Below are positions 1 to 12,386 of a DNA stretch of 64,000 bases, piece after piece. Within the stretch, counting starts at the first letter, position 1, and each line of letters starts with the position of its first letter. The translations under genes were made by a program, and so were the position numbers. Location: contig NC_043002.1 in assembly GCF_006345805.1 (NCBI RefSeq), positions 62,186,001 through 62,250,000 of the forward strand. The letters are read 5' to 3'. The notes beneath the pieces were generated by a model. That model was not told the origin of the DNA and made no database searches. It worked only from the letters and a program-made list of their open reading frames with translations. The DNA is from Octopus sinensis. Its lineage: Eukaryota.

Positions 1-144
1 TGATGAGATAGTTAAAGAGCTCACATTCTTAAGATGTTTCAACTGTCACTTTTAATACTAAATACTGCTGCTCTTTAGGACAGGCCTAAGAACCTACTTA
101 TACGATTATAATTGATTCCGATTGGTTGTTGTGTTATTACACAG

Positions 145-192
145 GACACATAATATGATCTCAGAGTCAAGTCAGACAGACAAGAAGACGAG
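145..192 (+). other. Candidate 48-bp internal micro-exon of an unidentified host gene
   Basis: Preceded by ttgttgtgttattacacAG and followed by GAG|GTaggt; length divisible by 3; one open frame (THNMISESSQTDKKT). No homology recognised. Confidence 0.2.
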
Positions 193-659
193 GTAGGTTT
201 AAAAGATGGAAAGAAATAAAAGAAAATGAGAAGAAACAACGGATTGATAAAAGAAGAAGAATAGTAAAAAAAAATCGAATAGAGACAGGAATAAGAAAGA
301 CAAATGAAAGTAGAAATTATAAATGTTACGTTAGAAAAACTGAGTTTGAAGAATTGGCAGAAGAAAGAAAATATGATGCAAAAACAGTTATGAATGAAAC
401 GTGATTAAGTGATAGAAAGAGAAATAAAAGCAGGGTAGAAATATAAAGATGGTGGGAGTGATGAATATAAATCAAGAGACACTAAATGAATGAAATAATT
501 GAAGGATTGAATAATAGGAACAAAAAGAAAGAAAGAAATTGAAGAAAAAGATCTGAAAGAGAGAGTATAAACTGAACGAAATTTCGAAACACACACACAA
601 GAAAACAACTCAAAACACAATGTTGTTATTGTTGTTTGTTCCTTCTCAATCCCTGCCTG

Positions 660-934
660 GCTCATTAGGGCCGGTTTCCCGGTTTCCTTGGCGTATAGGC
701 TCCCCACCTGGACGGGACGCCGGTCCGTCGTAGGTGAACTTCAAGATGCATGTGGAAAGAGTGAGAGAAATTTGTGGCGAAGGAGTCAGCAGAAGTTCGC
801 CATTACCTTCTGCCGGAGCCGCGTGGAGCTTAGGCGTTTCGCTCATAAACACACACATCGCCTGGTCTGAGATTCCAACCCGCGATTCTCGACCGTGAGT
901 CCGCTGCTCTAACCACTAGGCCATGTGCCTCCAC
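660..934 (-). mobile_element. tRNA-derived SINE, family A
   Basis: Reverse complement begins gtggaggcacatggcctagtggttagagcagcggactc...gggttggaatctcagacc (Pol III A/B-box-like head). Colinear with the + copy at 59876-60110. Confidence 0.85.
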
Positions 935-984
935 AGAAACACAATGTAAGGTAAATAAAAGAAAGAAAAAATATTTTTGAAATG

Positions 985-1345
985 AAAAAGTGATACTTAC
1001 CAACCACATGGTTCCGAGTTCACTGTTACTGCGTGGCACCTTGGGCAAGTGTCTTCTCCTATGGCCTAGGGCCGACCAAAGCCTTGTGAGTAGATATGGT
1101 AGATGGAAACTGGAAGAAGCCCTTCATATATTATATATATATATATGTGTGTGTGTGTCTGTGTGTGTGTTTTCCCCCCAACATCGCTTGACAACCAATG
1201 CTGTTGTGTTTCCGTCTCCGTCATCTAGCGGTTCGGCAAAAGCGGCCGATAGAATAAGTACTAGGCTTACAAAGAATAAGTCCTGCGGTCGATTTACTTG
1301 ATTAAAGGCGGTGCTCCACTATGGCCGCAGTCAAATGAGTGAAAG
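985..1345 (+). mobile_element. Composite tRNA-derived SINE, family B (CORE-like segment, internal TA/TG tract, LINE-like 3' tail)
   Basis: ccaaccacatggttccgagttcactgttactgcgtggcaccttgggcaagtgtctt (CORE-like accttgggcaagt), then (TA)n(TG)n, then a 3' part ending ggcggtgctcc..atggccgcagtcaaatgagtgaaa. Same layout at 17548, 50489 and 53929. Confidence 0.85.
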
Positions 1346-4039
1346 AATTAAACGAATAAAAGAATATTCACTAAAATATCAAAGAATAAAAGAATTAGAG
1401 TAGAAAGTTTAAGATAAATTTAAAAGATATATGATTGAGAAAGTCAGAAACACAGTCTCACACCTTTACTATGTTCAGTCATTGGAATACGGCGATGCTG
1501 TAGCAGCGTCTGGCAGAGTTAAGTGAACAGTTACCTAACTCTGAGAGTAAGTCGGTTTAAGTCTGGTAAATATGTTGTTGCTATCTTATGTGAAATCGCG
1601 AAGTTGCGCAGACGTAAACAAATTAACTCATGGTGTTAAAAACAGTGTGAGAACTTTCATATCCAAAGAAAACACTCAGACGCTTACACACACTCGTAGA
1701 CACAAGAGCAAATACGTACGCACACATACATGCATAGAGAGATATACATATACCGATGCACATACCGGTGTGCATAATATGTATTATACGTACATAAATA
1801 TCTAATTGCACAATCGGTAATGTGTTGACACACGAATATCTCCAATAGATTTGAATATTTAAAACACAGACCTTTGCTCCGATCGACGGTAGATCAACAC
1901 ACCCTGTGCCTTGAATTTGCTTTTTCCCCTTAATGCCCAATAAACTAAACATTTTGAGAAAAACCTAGAAATGGCTTTTTTGTGGTTAGGAATCAGTGGA
2001 TAAAACATTCCTTGACAAGAATAAATTTGACATACAGACTTCAAACAATTTTAGATTACAATATCGATGTGTATGATGTATTTAATATCTACAACTACTT
2101 TCAAAGATGTGAGTAAATATGACTGGAAAAGTGTATGTAAGCGTTCAGAGCAAATTCATATGTTTTTCGCGCTGAGATATATTATTACAACTGGTGTCTT
2201 TCCCTATTTTAATACCCTTCATACATGTTATACGTAATGACTGCTTCAGGTGGGTTTATTAATTGCATGTATATACGTGTATGTGTTGGTAAATGATGGG
2301 CTTCCGAAAAATATTCAGCAACAAGTTGACTCACAAGGGATTGATTAGCGAGAAATTGATCAGCAAAACTTTCTTGCCAAAAATATTATTGGACGGAGCC
2401 TGCAACCCCGTAGGTGCTAAGCATTAAACGCAAATAGATATATAAATACATAAATAGGGAATAAATATATTAAAGCAGAAAAGCAAAGAATGATATGTTT
2501 GGCAAGTAAAAGTGAAATTCTGAGAAATGCTGAGAATATAAAAAAAAAACGTAGTTCAAAGATAGAAAAGAGCAGAATAAAGAAAATACATTAAAGATTA
2601 TAAATAAGGAACGAAAGAAAAGAAGGAATAGGATTAAATTAAAATGGATGCGAGGAACGGAAAAAATGTGTTTAGCAATTTCGAGAATATTAAATTGGTA
2701 AAAAGGAAAAAAAAAGATAAAAGTTATTTAATAGAAAAATATATTTATTTAAGCACCGTTTGTATAAGATGGTTTTTCGCTTTAAAAAGATTTGTAAACT
2801 AGTAAACATTGAAATAAAAGTGGCGAGTTGTGAGAATAGTTAGCATGAAGGACAAAATACTCAGTCGCATTCCTCCAGGTTCTTTAAGTTCTGATTTAAT
2901 TTTAATACTATTTTAGGTGAGAGTTAATCATATTTAATTTTTAGAGAACGCTTCGGGTCAAACGAACTAATCGCTGAGAGCTAGCACAAAATAATAATCT
3001 GAGTACCTAATCTCACACAGAAATATTTTAAAGAGAATTATAGCTTCAATGTTTGTCCAGCCTTTATTTCAATCCAATTAAAATACTCGTTTCCTTATGT
3101 TTCTCATGGAAGAAGCGTATTTGTTTGGTTCAGATACTTCTCTGCTAAAATTTTCCCCTTCGAGGAAGGGTTGATTTTTGATTTACTCTGACTTGTAATT
3201 CACAAACCGACGCAGAGGCTACAACATATGAGGAGAAACTTAGGTTGTGAGTAGGTATGTCCGCTTTCACTTTTTATTCATACTTATCTAAAAATAAGTT
3301 TGGTAGATAAACAGCAAAAATGTTATCTAGATGTTTGAGCATGAGGACCAGGTTTCTACGCTCTCATGGACTCAATGTTGATGAAGACAAGTTAAGTAGA
3401 TTTTTTTCTTGTAGAGCCAGGATCCAAGAACAGCATTGAAATGATGGGGCTAATGCAGTTTCCAACCTCTCCTTGAAAAATGCATATTTTTGAAAAGCAT
3501 TTTTCGGATACCAACGTTTAACATGTCGGAGATTACGAATATGCAAAAAAAGCACAAAAAAAAAACAAATTTTAACACTACCGCTAAAATTTTGAACGTT
3601 TTCAAAATTTTTTTCCACTTAAGTTTTACATGAAAGAGATTCCGAATATGTAAGAAACCACGTTTTTCAAAATGTTAAATTCAGTAACCATATGGATATG
3701 TTTATAAAGAGATAAATAGATATAAATGTCTTCCTCGGGCTAAAAGCAACAGTAACACTGTTTTACATATGACCATCACATTTAGTTGACAAATATATTT
3801 TATGAATAAACGGACAGGGATAAATAGATAGACAGATAAATAATTTGATAAAAAAATTAAAATTGATGGAGGGGTTGAAATTCTATTAAACTTTATAACA
3901 TTAATCATTAAACATTAATATTTTTTCTCATAAAATGGTGTATGTTTAGTTTACATTATATTCTTATTTACACAAGTAAAATGCAAATTCTCTCCACTTT
4001 AATGTTTTTGTATGGTTTTAATTTCGATTTGCTTATGCT

Positions 4040-4320
4040 CGTCAATTCCCTGCGATCTCTTTCAAGTAAATTGAGGAAGTGGGGGCGGGCTAAATTTAAA
4101 AACTTTATTCCTATCTCCGACATATAAAACGTAGGAATCCGAATTTAAAATAAAAAACTGCATTTTTCAAGGAGTGGTGCGAAACTGCATTAGCCCCGAA
4201 ATGTTATTGACAACGTAGTTCGACTGCAAGGTAATAACAGTGGACAGAAGATCTCCAGGCACACAAGGCGTGACCGAGAGGCATGAAAATATAAAGAAAA
4301 ATGTTCTCTGCAGATAAATG
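4040..4320 (+). mobile_element. Possible very degenerate Tc1/mariner transposase C-terminal remnant
   Basis: Frame-shifted pieces PCDLF, WGRAKFK, ISPEML and DNVVRLQ, in the order and approximate spacing of PCDFFLWG..K...I.PEML.NV. Confidence 0.25.
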
Positions 4321-5739
4321 CAACATTCTATTTTAAAATGTTCGCATCGTTCACCCAATGCAAAAAACAATCTTCACGTTACATAGCGTAGTAGAGGCAG
4401 TCAAAGCAGAAACAGCGGTAGCAGCAGCAAGTAGTAGTAGTAGTAGTGCCATTATCATTATATATATTAGTTATATTTTCAATATCTACATCAACACATC
4501 TTCTCCTCCACCACCACCACCTCCTCCTCCTCCTCTTCCTCCACATCATCATCATCATCACATCATCATCATCATTCATTCTATTATATGTTTTGATAAT
4601 GACATTTCTGGAGAAGGACAATGAAATTTGAAAAGTCTGTTTTTCTTTTATATTGCATAAAAGTAAAAATAATTACACGCACACACACACACGCATACAC
4701 ACATACACACACGCACATACACACACACACCCACACATATATGTTAAAAAAAATGTCTTGCACCTATTATTTAGCAGTTAAAAGATTTCTTGGCATTCAA
4801 AACTACATCTAAAATAAGTAACCGTTCCCGCAATTAGCATTATTCAAACTCTTTGACTTCCTTTACGGTACACTTTACCTTTGGTCGTGTTGTTAACTCT
4901 TAAATAATGGCCGCTTAGTTTTAGAAAATTTTGAAAAGCCAAATGTGTAGTGTAATTCTTTTCTATTATAGACGAAAGCTAAATGCCGGAAGTAAATGAT
5001 TATCTCTTATGCTAGATTCGTGACATTTTATAAGCTATGGCGATTCACAAAATATGTGATCAATAATTCTTATGTAAGACCAGGCGTCTTTTGCATTTTC
5101 ATGTATTATATAAAAGGATAAGTTTTAAATATATGCCATGCATTCATGCAAAAATTGCATTTATATTACATGTATATGAATTATCGGTGAATATTTAAAA
5201 TATCGAATGCATTGTATGTATGAAACTTTAACAATAGCTTCTTTCTGAACTGAACAATTTAGACAATAAATGTATTTAGCTTAGACACAATATAACGTCT
5301 ATGCAGTATAAGGTGGTGATGTGGCGGATTTAAAAGACACTTTCAGCATAAAAGTGTTGCATTCATGTTATAGTTTTGAAACTTTGAAGATGAGAGGATT
5401 TCTCCATCCTGAAGAACTTGGAAGGAATAAAGCCTCCCACCCACGGATTCCTTCGTTCGTTACATGGGTGAAGGATGAAAGTATTGTTATAGAATCATTG
5501 AGTGGAAAGAAGTAATCATGTTAGAAAATCGGGAAAATTTCAGCATAGATAGCAATAAAATTTTATAAATTTCCTTTTTTATTATTAAAGAAAGAATGAG
5601 GCTGATATTAGGAAATAGTTTCCACTTTGCTATAGAAAGTGATTGTATCACGATTAGAATATTTTATATCACTATTTTATTCGATCAGACTTGAGTTAAT
5701 ACGAAATCAACACGAACAGCAACACCAAGAACTGTTTGA

Positions 5740-6010
5740 TGAGTACTAAAATCCTCTCATCTCTAATACCAATGTCTGATATAGTTGCCTATCACTCTCA
5801 CAGCACAGACGAACTTCCCAAATACCCAGTCAGCTTTGTTCTATAGATTTAGATCATCCAGGAATTGCAAGTAATTCGCTATATCCTGTTTATTTTATTC
5901 TAAGCTATAACCAGGTTTACTTTTCTTATCACTGGGATGTGTGATATAGGATCAATGACAGCGCAGGGGGAAAATCTATTACCTTGCATCATACTCCGGT
6001 CTATTGTGAT
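5740..6010 (-). mobile_element. RT fragment of an R4/Dong-like (RLE) non-LTR retrotransposon, decayed
   Basis: Minus-strand peptides MQGNRFSP (cf. QGDSLSP), KPGY, LQFLDDLNL (cf. FMDDLKLY) and SDIGI in correct order, with stops and frameshifts. Confidence 0.7.
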
Positions 6011-6596
6011 TTATCCAAGTTGATGTATTCCGTCTGTTAGCTACGTTATTATTACTATTTTTATTGTAAAGCTATTATATAATAATTTAATTAGCAGAAA
6101 TGCCATCCCCATGTTCGCTGATAGCAAAGCTCTCCAAGAATCTTTTGTATTGTTCTTAAAGTATACAGGCTGACAGTTTCCATCTGGTCGATAATGCAAT
6201 TCTCAGTTCTAATATATTCCAGTCTCTCCGGTAGCAGTTGCGTGGTGTTGCTGCTGTTGTTGTTGTTGTTGCTGTAGGTGAGGATGTTTTTGTTATTGCT
6301 TTTTGTCATTGTTCTCCTTTTTATCGTTATCGTCACAACTATCGTAAATTTTCCTAGCACCAGCATCAATGGGGTTATCTCGTTCGAAGCAATCTAAATT
6401 GACTTTATGTTGTCAACATTCGTTACAAGCAGGGAAAGATAATTACAAAAATGAAGTAAGATAGAGGAATAGGGATGAGTATGTAAGAGGAGGGCAATCT
6501 AATGAGTCTGAAAGCATGGAAAGTGACACATAAATGAGGGAATAACTAACGGCGAAAGGTAATGCGTGATACTAATGGAATTCAGTCGATTGCTAG

Positions 6597-6599
6597 TGC

Positions 6600-6671
<72 letters not shown>

Positions 6672-6672
6672 A
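6597..6672. repeat. (GA)n microsatellite
   Basis: Direct reading. Confidence 0.95.
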
Positions 6673-7339
6673 AGCAGATACCATTTGATAGTAGAGGAGT
6701 TGAATGTGATAAGAGAACGTGGTTTATTTCAATAATTATTGAACAAGCAAACCAGGGGCGATTATGGTTAGTTATATACAGGTTAAATGTGTGTTTGTGG
6801 GAGCGAATGTGAGCGATAACTATTAGGCTAGCGAGAGGGTGATCTACAAGAATGGTATTGAAAGCAACCCTTACAGAATGGTAAATGTAGAGCTTTCTAC
6901 GACTTTTTCTAGACATCCGCCGGTAGCATGTATTCTACAGTTACTTAGGCAGCATGAAGGCATTAAGGAGGTAGAGAGATGAGGATTGTGGTAGAAGGGA
7001 TCACACATGATAATATAAACATGTTTCGTTTCAAGCCTGGCTGTCGTAATGCATAGAACAGAAATGAGCTGAAGAACGATACGATATGGAATATGGAAGA
7101 GAGACACAAATAAAAAAGTGGGATACACCTTATAAGTAAAAGACCAGCACATAGAAATTATATTGGATTGGTAAAAAAGTGCAAAACGTTTTCATGCAGA
7201 GATCAAAAGCAATATAACTCAACTTTCCTCACAGCTCAAATTCGGACGTACGCGTTTCCCACGCAGGCTGTGAAACCTGCTGTTATTCCTGACACCACGT
7301 TCACAATCATTATAGCCACACGCTATGGCCCTTTGTCAA

Positions 7340-7349
7340 TTACCTGTAT

Positions 7350-7395
<46 letters not shown>

Positions 7396-7405
7396 TGTGC
7401 GTGTG

Positions 7406-7467
<62 letters not shown>

Positions 7468-7485
7468 TGTGCGTGTGTATGTATA

Positions 7486-7519
<34 letters not shown>

Positions 7520-7544
7520 CATACATACATACACACAAAAACTG

Positions 7545-7575
<31 letters not shown>
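7340..7575. repeat. Compound (TA)n microsatellite with a duplicated aagtgtgcgtgtgtatg spacer
   Basis: Direct reading; source of the YIYI ORFs. Confidence 0.95.
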
Positions 7576-7674
7576 CCGGAGTAAACACATAAATGTGAAA
7601 CAAGGTGGAAAAAAGATTACTCAAATACCAGTGGTAGAGTAATATGCTTTATTTAAAGCAGCAGAAAATTCAAC

Positions 7675-7722
7675 AAAACCTGTTACTCTGAGTTTCCCGT
7701 TGCCGTTCGTCGGACAGTTTTT
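7675..7722 (-). ncRNA. Minimal type I hammerhead-ribozyme-like motif (U4C variant)
   Basis: Minus strand: aaaaactgt CCGACGA acg-gcaa-cgg GAAAC t-cag-a GTA acaggtttt. Stem I ctgt/acag; stem III ACT/AGT. Confidence 0.6.
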
Positions 7723-8546
7723 GCTAGAATGGAACCGGTATGTGAATTTTATCCAGACTATTACAAACGCTACACCTTAAAAAAGGACTTGTTTGATTGG
7801 CCCTTTAGAAATAACGGCCAATTTTCGAGCGATAAACAAAGATGAGTTCAAATATATATATATATATATAAAAAATATAAAAAAACATAAAAAATATAAA
7901 AAATATTAAAATATATTAAATATATAAAAATATATTAAAAAATTATAAAATTCGAGGAAAAACCTTACGTTGAATAAAATACATATTGACCTTAATGAAG
8001 GAAATATAATTAATACATGGAAATTGAAATGCATTAAAAATATGCATTAAAAATAACACACAGCAATACATATTCATATTAAAGTATACATATATATCAA
8101 CATACACAGAATAGATGCGTGCGAACCCCATACTTATACAGACGTTTAAATATAAAGCTAAAATATACACGAAAATGCATGTATACATATGTATACGCAA
8201 TCTAGCTCGCACGAAAGATACTTAACCTACTATGATTTTAGCTTCCGTATACATATGTATACATGCATTTTCGTGTATATTTTAGCTTTATATTTATACG
8301 TCTGTATATGTATGGGGTTCGCACGCATCAATTCTGTGTATGTTGATATATATGTATACTTTAATATGAATATGTATTGGTGTGTTATATTTTTAATGCA
8401 TATTTTTAATGCATTTCAACTTCCATGTATTAATTATATTTCCTTCATTAAGGTCAATATGTATTTTATTCAACGTAAGGTTTTTCCTCGAATTTTATAA
8501 TTTTTTAATATATTTTTATATTTTTATATTTTTTTATATTTTATAT

Positions 8547-8624
<78 letters not shown>

Positions 8625-8752
8625 AACTCATCTTTGTTTATCGCTCGAAAATTGGGCGTTATTTCTAAAGGGCCAATCAAACAAGTCTATTTTTTAAAGG
8701 TGTAGCGTTTGTAATAATCTGGATAGAATTCACATATCGGTTCCATTCTAGC

Positions 8753-8800
8753 AAAAACTGTCCGACGAATGGCAACGGGAAACTCAGAGTAACAGGTTTT
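8753..8800 (+). ncRNA. Minimal type I hammerhead-ribozyme-like motif (mirror copy of 7675-7722)
   Basis: aaaaactgt CCGACGA atg-gcaa-cgg GAAAC tcaga GTA acaggtttt. Predicted cleavage 3' of 8791. Confidence 0.55.
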
Positions 8801-8818
8801 TCTGCTGCTTTAAATAAA

Positions 8819-8865
<47 letters not shown>

Positions 8866-8944
8866 CGTGCGCATATACATGTATGTATATATGTATATAT
8901 ACACATCGTTCTCTCCTTCTGTCTCTCAGCTTCTCTGTCCTGCG

Positions 8945-9075
<131 letters not shown>

Positions 9076-9299
9076 TATATATGTGCGCTGGCAGCATGTT
9101 GTTATGCGTGCCTGTTCGTGAGTGCGTGCATATGCGTGTATCAGAGAGATAAGAAAGTGTGTGTGTTAGCACGCGCGTGTGTTTGTACCTATATTTGCTT
9201 GACAATTTTGCATATTTGTATATCATATCAAAGAATTTATATCACAGTTTCTCAGTTCTTCAAAACCTAAATAAATGATTTATAAATAAACACTGAATT

Positions 9300-10125
9300 T
9301 AAATTGACTGATTAATAATTTCGTGAATAGTGCACCAGCAAGTCCGCATTTTTTGGAATGTTACACAAATGGGAGATATGCGTATACACATACAATCTCT
9401 TAGGACTAAATTTGACGATTTTCTGCCGCCTCTTTGTGGATAGTCAGTGGCGTTGGAGAGGACAAAGATTAAATTTGTACTTGAGAAGACGTTAGCTGAT
9501 AAGGAGGACTAGAAGCCATCTGTATATTGATAAATTGCTACATATTTCCTGATGACAAGCGCCAAGTATCAAAATGCCGACGTTGTAACGACTGCTCAAA
9601 GCTCTGTCAATACTAACAGGGGTATAAGACGAGACATGGTTACTACAAAGCCGTGGCCGAAAGGAAGGGACACAATAGGCGTTTTGACTGCGTCCACGCG
9701 TCGATTTTTATTCAATAACTACAGGAAAGTTCTTAAGCTCAATTCAGAGGGCTCTGTGAAGCTGCTGGACACTGTGGTCACTCACTGGTTGGCAAGGAAT
9801 GATATTGAAAGGCTGTATATGTCGCATCAGTATTTGGCTCCTTGCTATACATTCAGTAAGAGTCAGAGGTTTTTCCTAGAGAATTTCTACCACTTCACCA
9901 TTTCAATTTACTGGCCACCTAGTTCTCCGAGCTGTTACGTCGTGGATTATTATGTGTAAAATGTAGGTGAGAAAGAAAGCAATCAATCTGCCTGCAACAC
10001 CGAGACCGATCAGTTAGCCATCATCGAGGATGTTTACAAAGATCTTCCCAGTGACTCAGCCAGAAAATCATGCAGTAGGATCTTGAAGTTATGGTAGACG
10101 GTGAGGACACCTATTCTGAGGATAT
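9300..10125 (+). mobile_element. Decayed Tc1/mariner transposase, DD37D (maT-type) spacing
   Basis: ORF 9552-9959 ends LKLNSEGSVKLLDTVV..HQY(D>Y)LAPCYTFSKSQRFFLENFYHFTISIYWPPSSPSCYVVDYYV, with 37 residues between the second catalytic position and D. It continues past a stop as EKESNQSACNT..DLP..ARKSCSRI. TIRs not seen; the 5' boundary is approximate. Confidence 0.8.
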
Positions 10126-10164
10126 AGTTATTTCCCATCTGGACTCTAGTTGATATAATTTCGT

Positions 10165-10201
<37 letters not shown>

Positions 10202-10246
10202 ATATATGTATATATATACATATATATATATATATATTTATTTATT

Positions 10247-10318
<72 letters not shown>

Positions 10319-10319
10319 G

Positions 10320-12297
10320 TGTGTGTGTGTGTGTGTGTAACTCAATAAATTCATGCCCGTAATGCGAGCCATATGCATTAAATATGTCCCAGAGAAGAGA
10401 CCCAATACGCACAAAATCATTCCCCGAAGCATGAGAATATTCATGTGGCGGAGAATAAAGGTCTCAAATCGTTAAAATAAACACCTCAATGACAACGGGA
10501 AATCCCTCCTGACAGTGGAACTCTTGGAGATTGAAATTAGGTAAAAATAGCTCAATAACTGCAGACCCGGGAAAGATAAGTGAAGCACTAAATAAGCAAG
10601 TGTCTTCAATTTTCCAATGGGAAGTATGCAAACAAGCCTGAAGAGCTTTTCAATGTAGAGAGTATATTCGAAAAAGAGGCAACTATCGATTACATTAGCA
10701 TAACAGAAGTGGGTGTAATATCACACATTGATGAGATGAGATCAAACTCTTTAACGGGCCTAGAGGGACTCCCGGTTGTTCTTTTAATCACATGGAAAAA
10801 GGCTCTTGCAACGTCCCTGTAGATACTCCTTCGGAGTTTCCTTGCATGTGGTAAACTTCCCAACATGCTAAAAGAGGGCATAATATGTTCTGTCCATAAA
10901 GGAGTGTGCAGAGCAGATGCGAAAAACTACAGGCTCTGACCTCATATGTTAGCAAAACAATGGAATGAATTGTAAGAAAAAGGTTGATCACGTGCCTAGA
11001 AGAAAACAACTTTCTCTGAAACACACAGCATGGCTTCTGTCTAAGAAGTAGATAACTCACAAAGTTGCTGCAGCACATTGACTGGGTACTGAAACAACAG
11101 CTACTCCAGTCAGCAGTAGATGTGATATACCTCGACTTTGCTAAGGCCTTAGACAAGGTTAATGATGTCACAAGCTCTGAAACCTTGGTATTACCGGTAA
11201 ACTGGGAGAGTGGCTGCATGATTTAATGAAGGGCAGGAGTCAGACGGTTGTAGCCAGTGGTGCACACTCTGAAGAGACACCAATTCTCAGCGGAGTCCCA
11301 CAGGGAACTGTACTGGGGCAATTAATATTTGTGGTATCCCTCTCAAAAATGCCCCCCGCTGTACAGTCAACCATTCTGACCAGTTATGCTGACGACACAA
11401 GAATAGCGCAGAAAAACCTGACTGAAATATACAAACGGACTAACAAAAATAACATGCAATTTAATGCTATGAAATTTCATGTACTCCACTATCGGTCGAA
11501 CAGCAGGCTAAAATCGGAATACACTAGACCAGAAGTTAATACGACCCCAGAGTCAAATTCGGTGCGTGACCTGGGAATTCACATGAGCAATGATGCAACA
11601 TTTCATATGCATATTACTAAGCTGGCAACACTATGCAAACGAGTGGCTAGCTGGATTCTGAGGACATTCAGAACCACGAAAAGGGAAGCCCTGCTACTCC
11701 TATGGAGGAATTTCCTTCTCAGATGCTTGGACTACTGCTCCCAACTATGGTCCCCAGAGAGTGTGAAACAAACTCGAAGCAATCCAGCGCCAATACACAA
11801 AGAAGATTGATTCGATACAAAAGATGCGCTATTTGGAGAGGCTAAAGGAGGTGAGTCTCTATTCCCTGGAGAGAGGACGAGATAAATATGCAGTGATATT
11901 TGTTTGGAAGACCTTGGAGGGATTAGTTCTCAGTTTTGGAATTGAAAGCTGTACAAATCCTCGAACTGGATTGCCCTGCATTCTACCACAAATCCCGTTT
12001 TCCCCATCTAAAGTAAGGACACAGTACTGCAATAGTCTGCGTCTCAATAGCCCGAAATTGTTCAACACCCTGACAGGAAACCACAGATGTCTACATGGTG
12101 TTGATGTGGAAGTTTTCAAGGCACGTCTGGACAGGATTAGAGACCACATGAACTCACATCGCAGCAGGAGACGCAAAGAAATGTAGCTCCGTCCAACCCG
12201 CTACTTCGCTAAAAACAATACCCGAAACAACATCGAGTAACTGCAGGTGGTGCACCAGCATGACCTCAACCCTGGGCTGAAACAAGTAAGAAATAAG
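10320..12297 (+). mobile_element. 5'-truncated, disrupted CR1/L2-group LINE (ORF2 RT region plus 3' UTR)
   Basis: Peptides KGVCRADAKNYR, QHGF, AVDVIYLDFAKALDKV, SGVPQGTVLG, SYADD, NMQFNAMKF, VRDLGI, LDYCSQLWSP and YLERLKEVSLYSLERGR in order with stops and frameshifts. Ends in a stem-loop tail at 12246-12297. Confidence 0.92.
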
Positions 12298-12337
12298 GGA
12301 TAAGAGATATATAAATGTCTCTAAATACATATGTATC

Positions 12338-12382
<45 letters not shown>

Positions 12383-12386
<4 letters not shown>

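Larger units (their letters stand above)
7576..8819. mobile_element. About 1.2-kb fold-back element (arms ~7647-8197 and ~8246-8819, ~48-nt spacer), Penelope-like terminus
   Basis: 8620-8819 is the reverse complement of 7647-7855, and the match continues inward to gtatacatatgtatacg / cgtatacatatgtatac. Both outer ends abut (TA)n, and each arm has a hammerhead-like motif. Confidence 0.85.

Noticed and set aside
6091-6250. Possible 3' end of another R4-like LINE (ERLEYI...TLRTIQKIL)
   Set aside because: Weak similarity and wrong order relative to the RT fragment at 5740-6010, so not merged or called.
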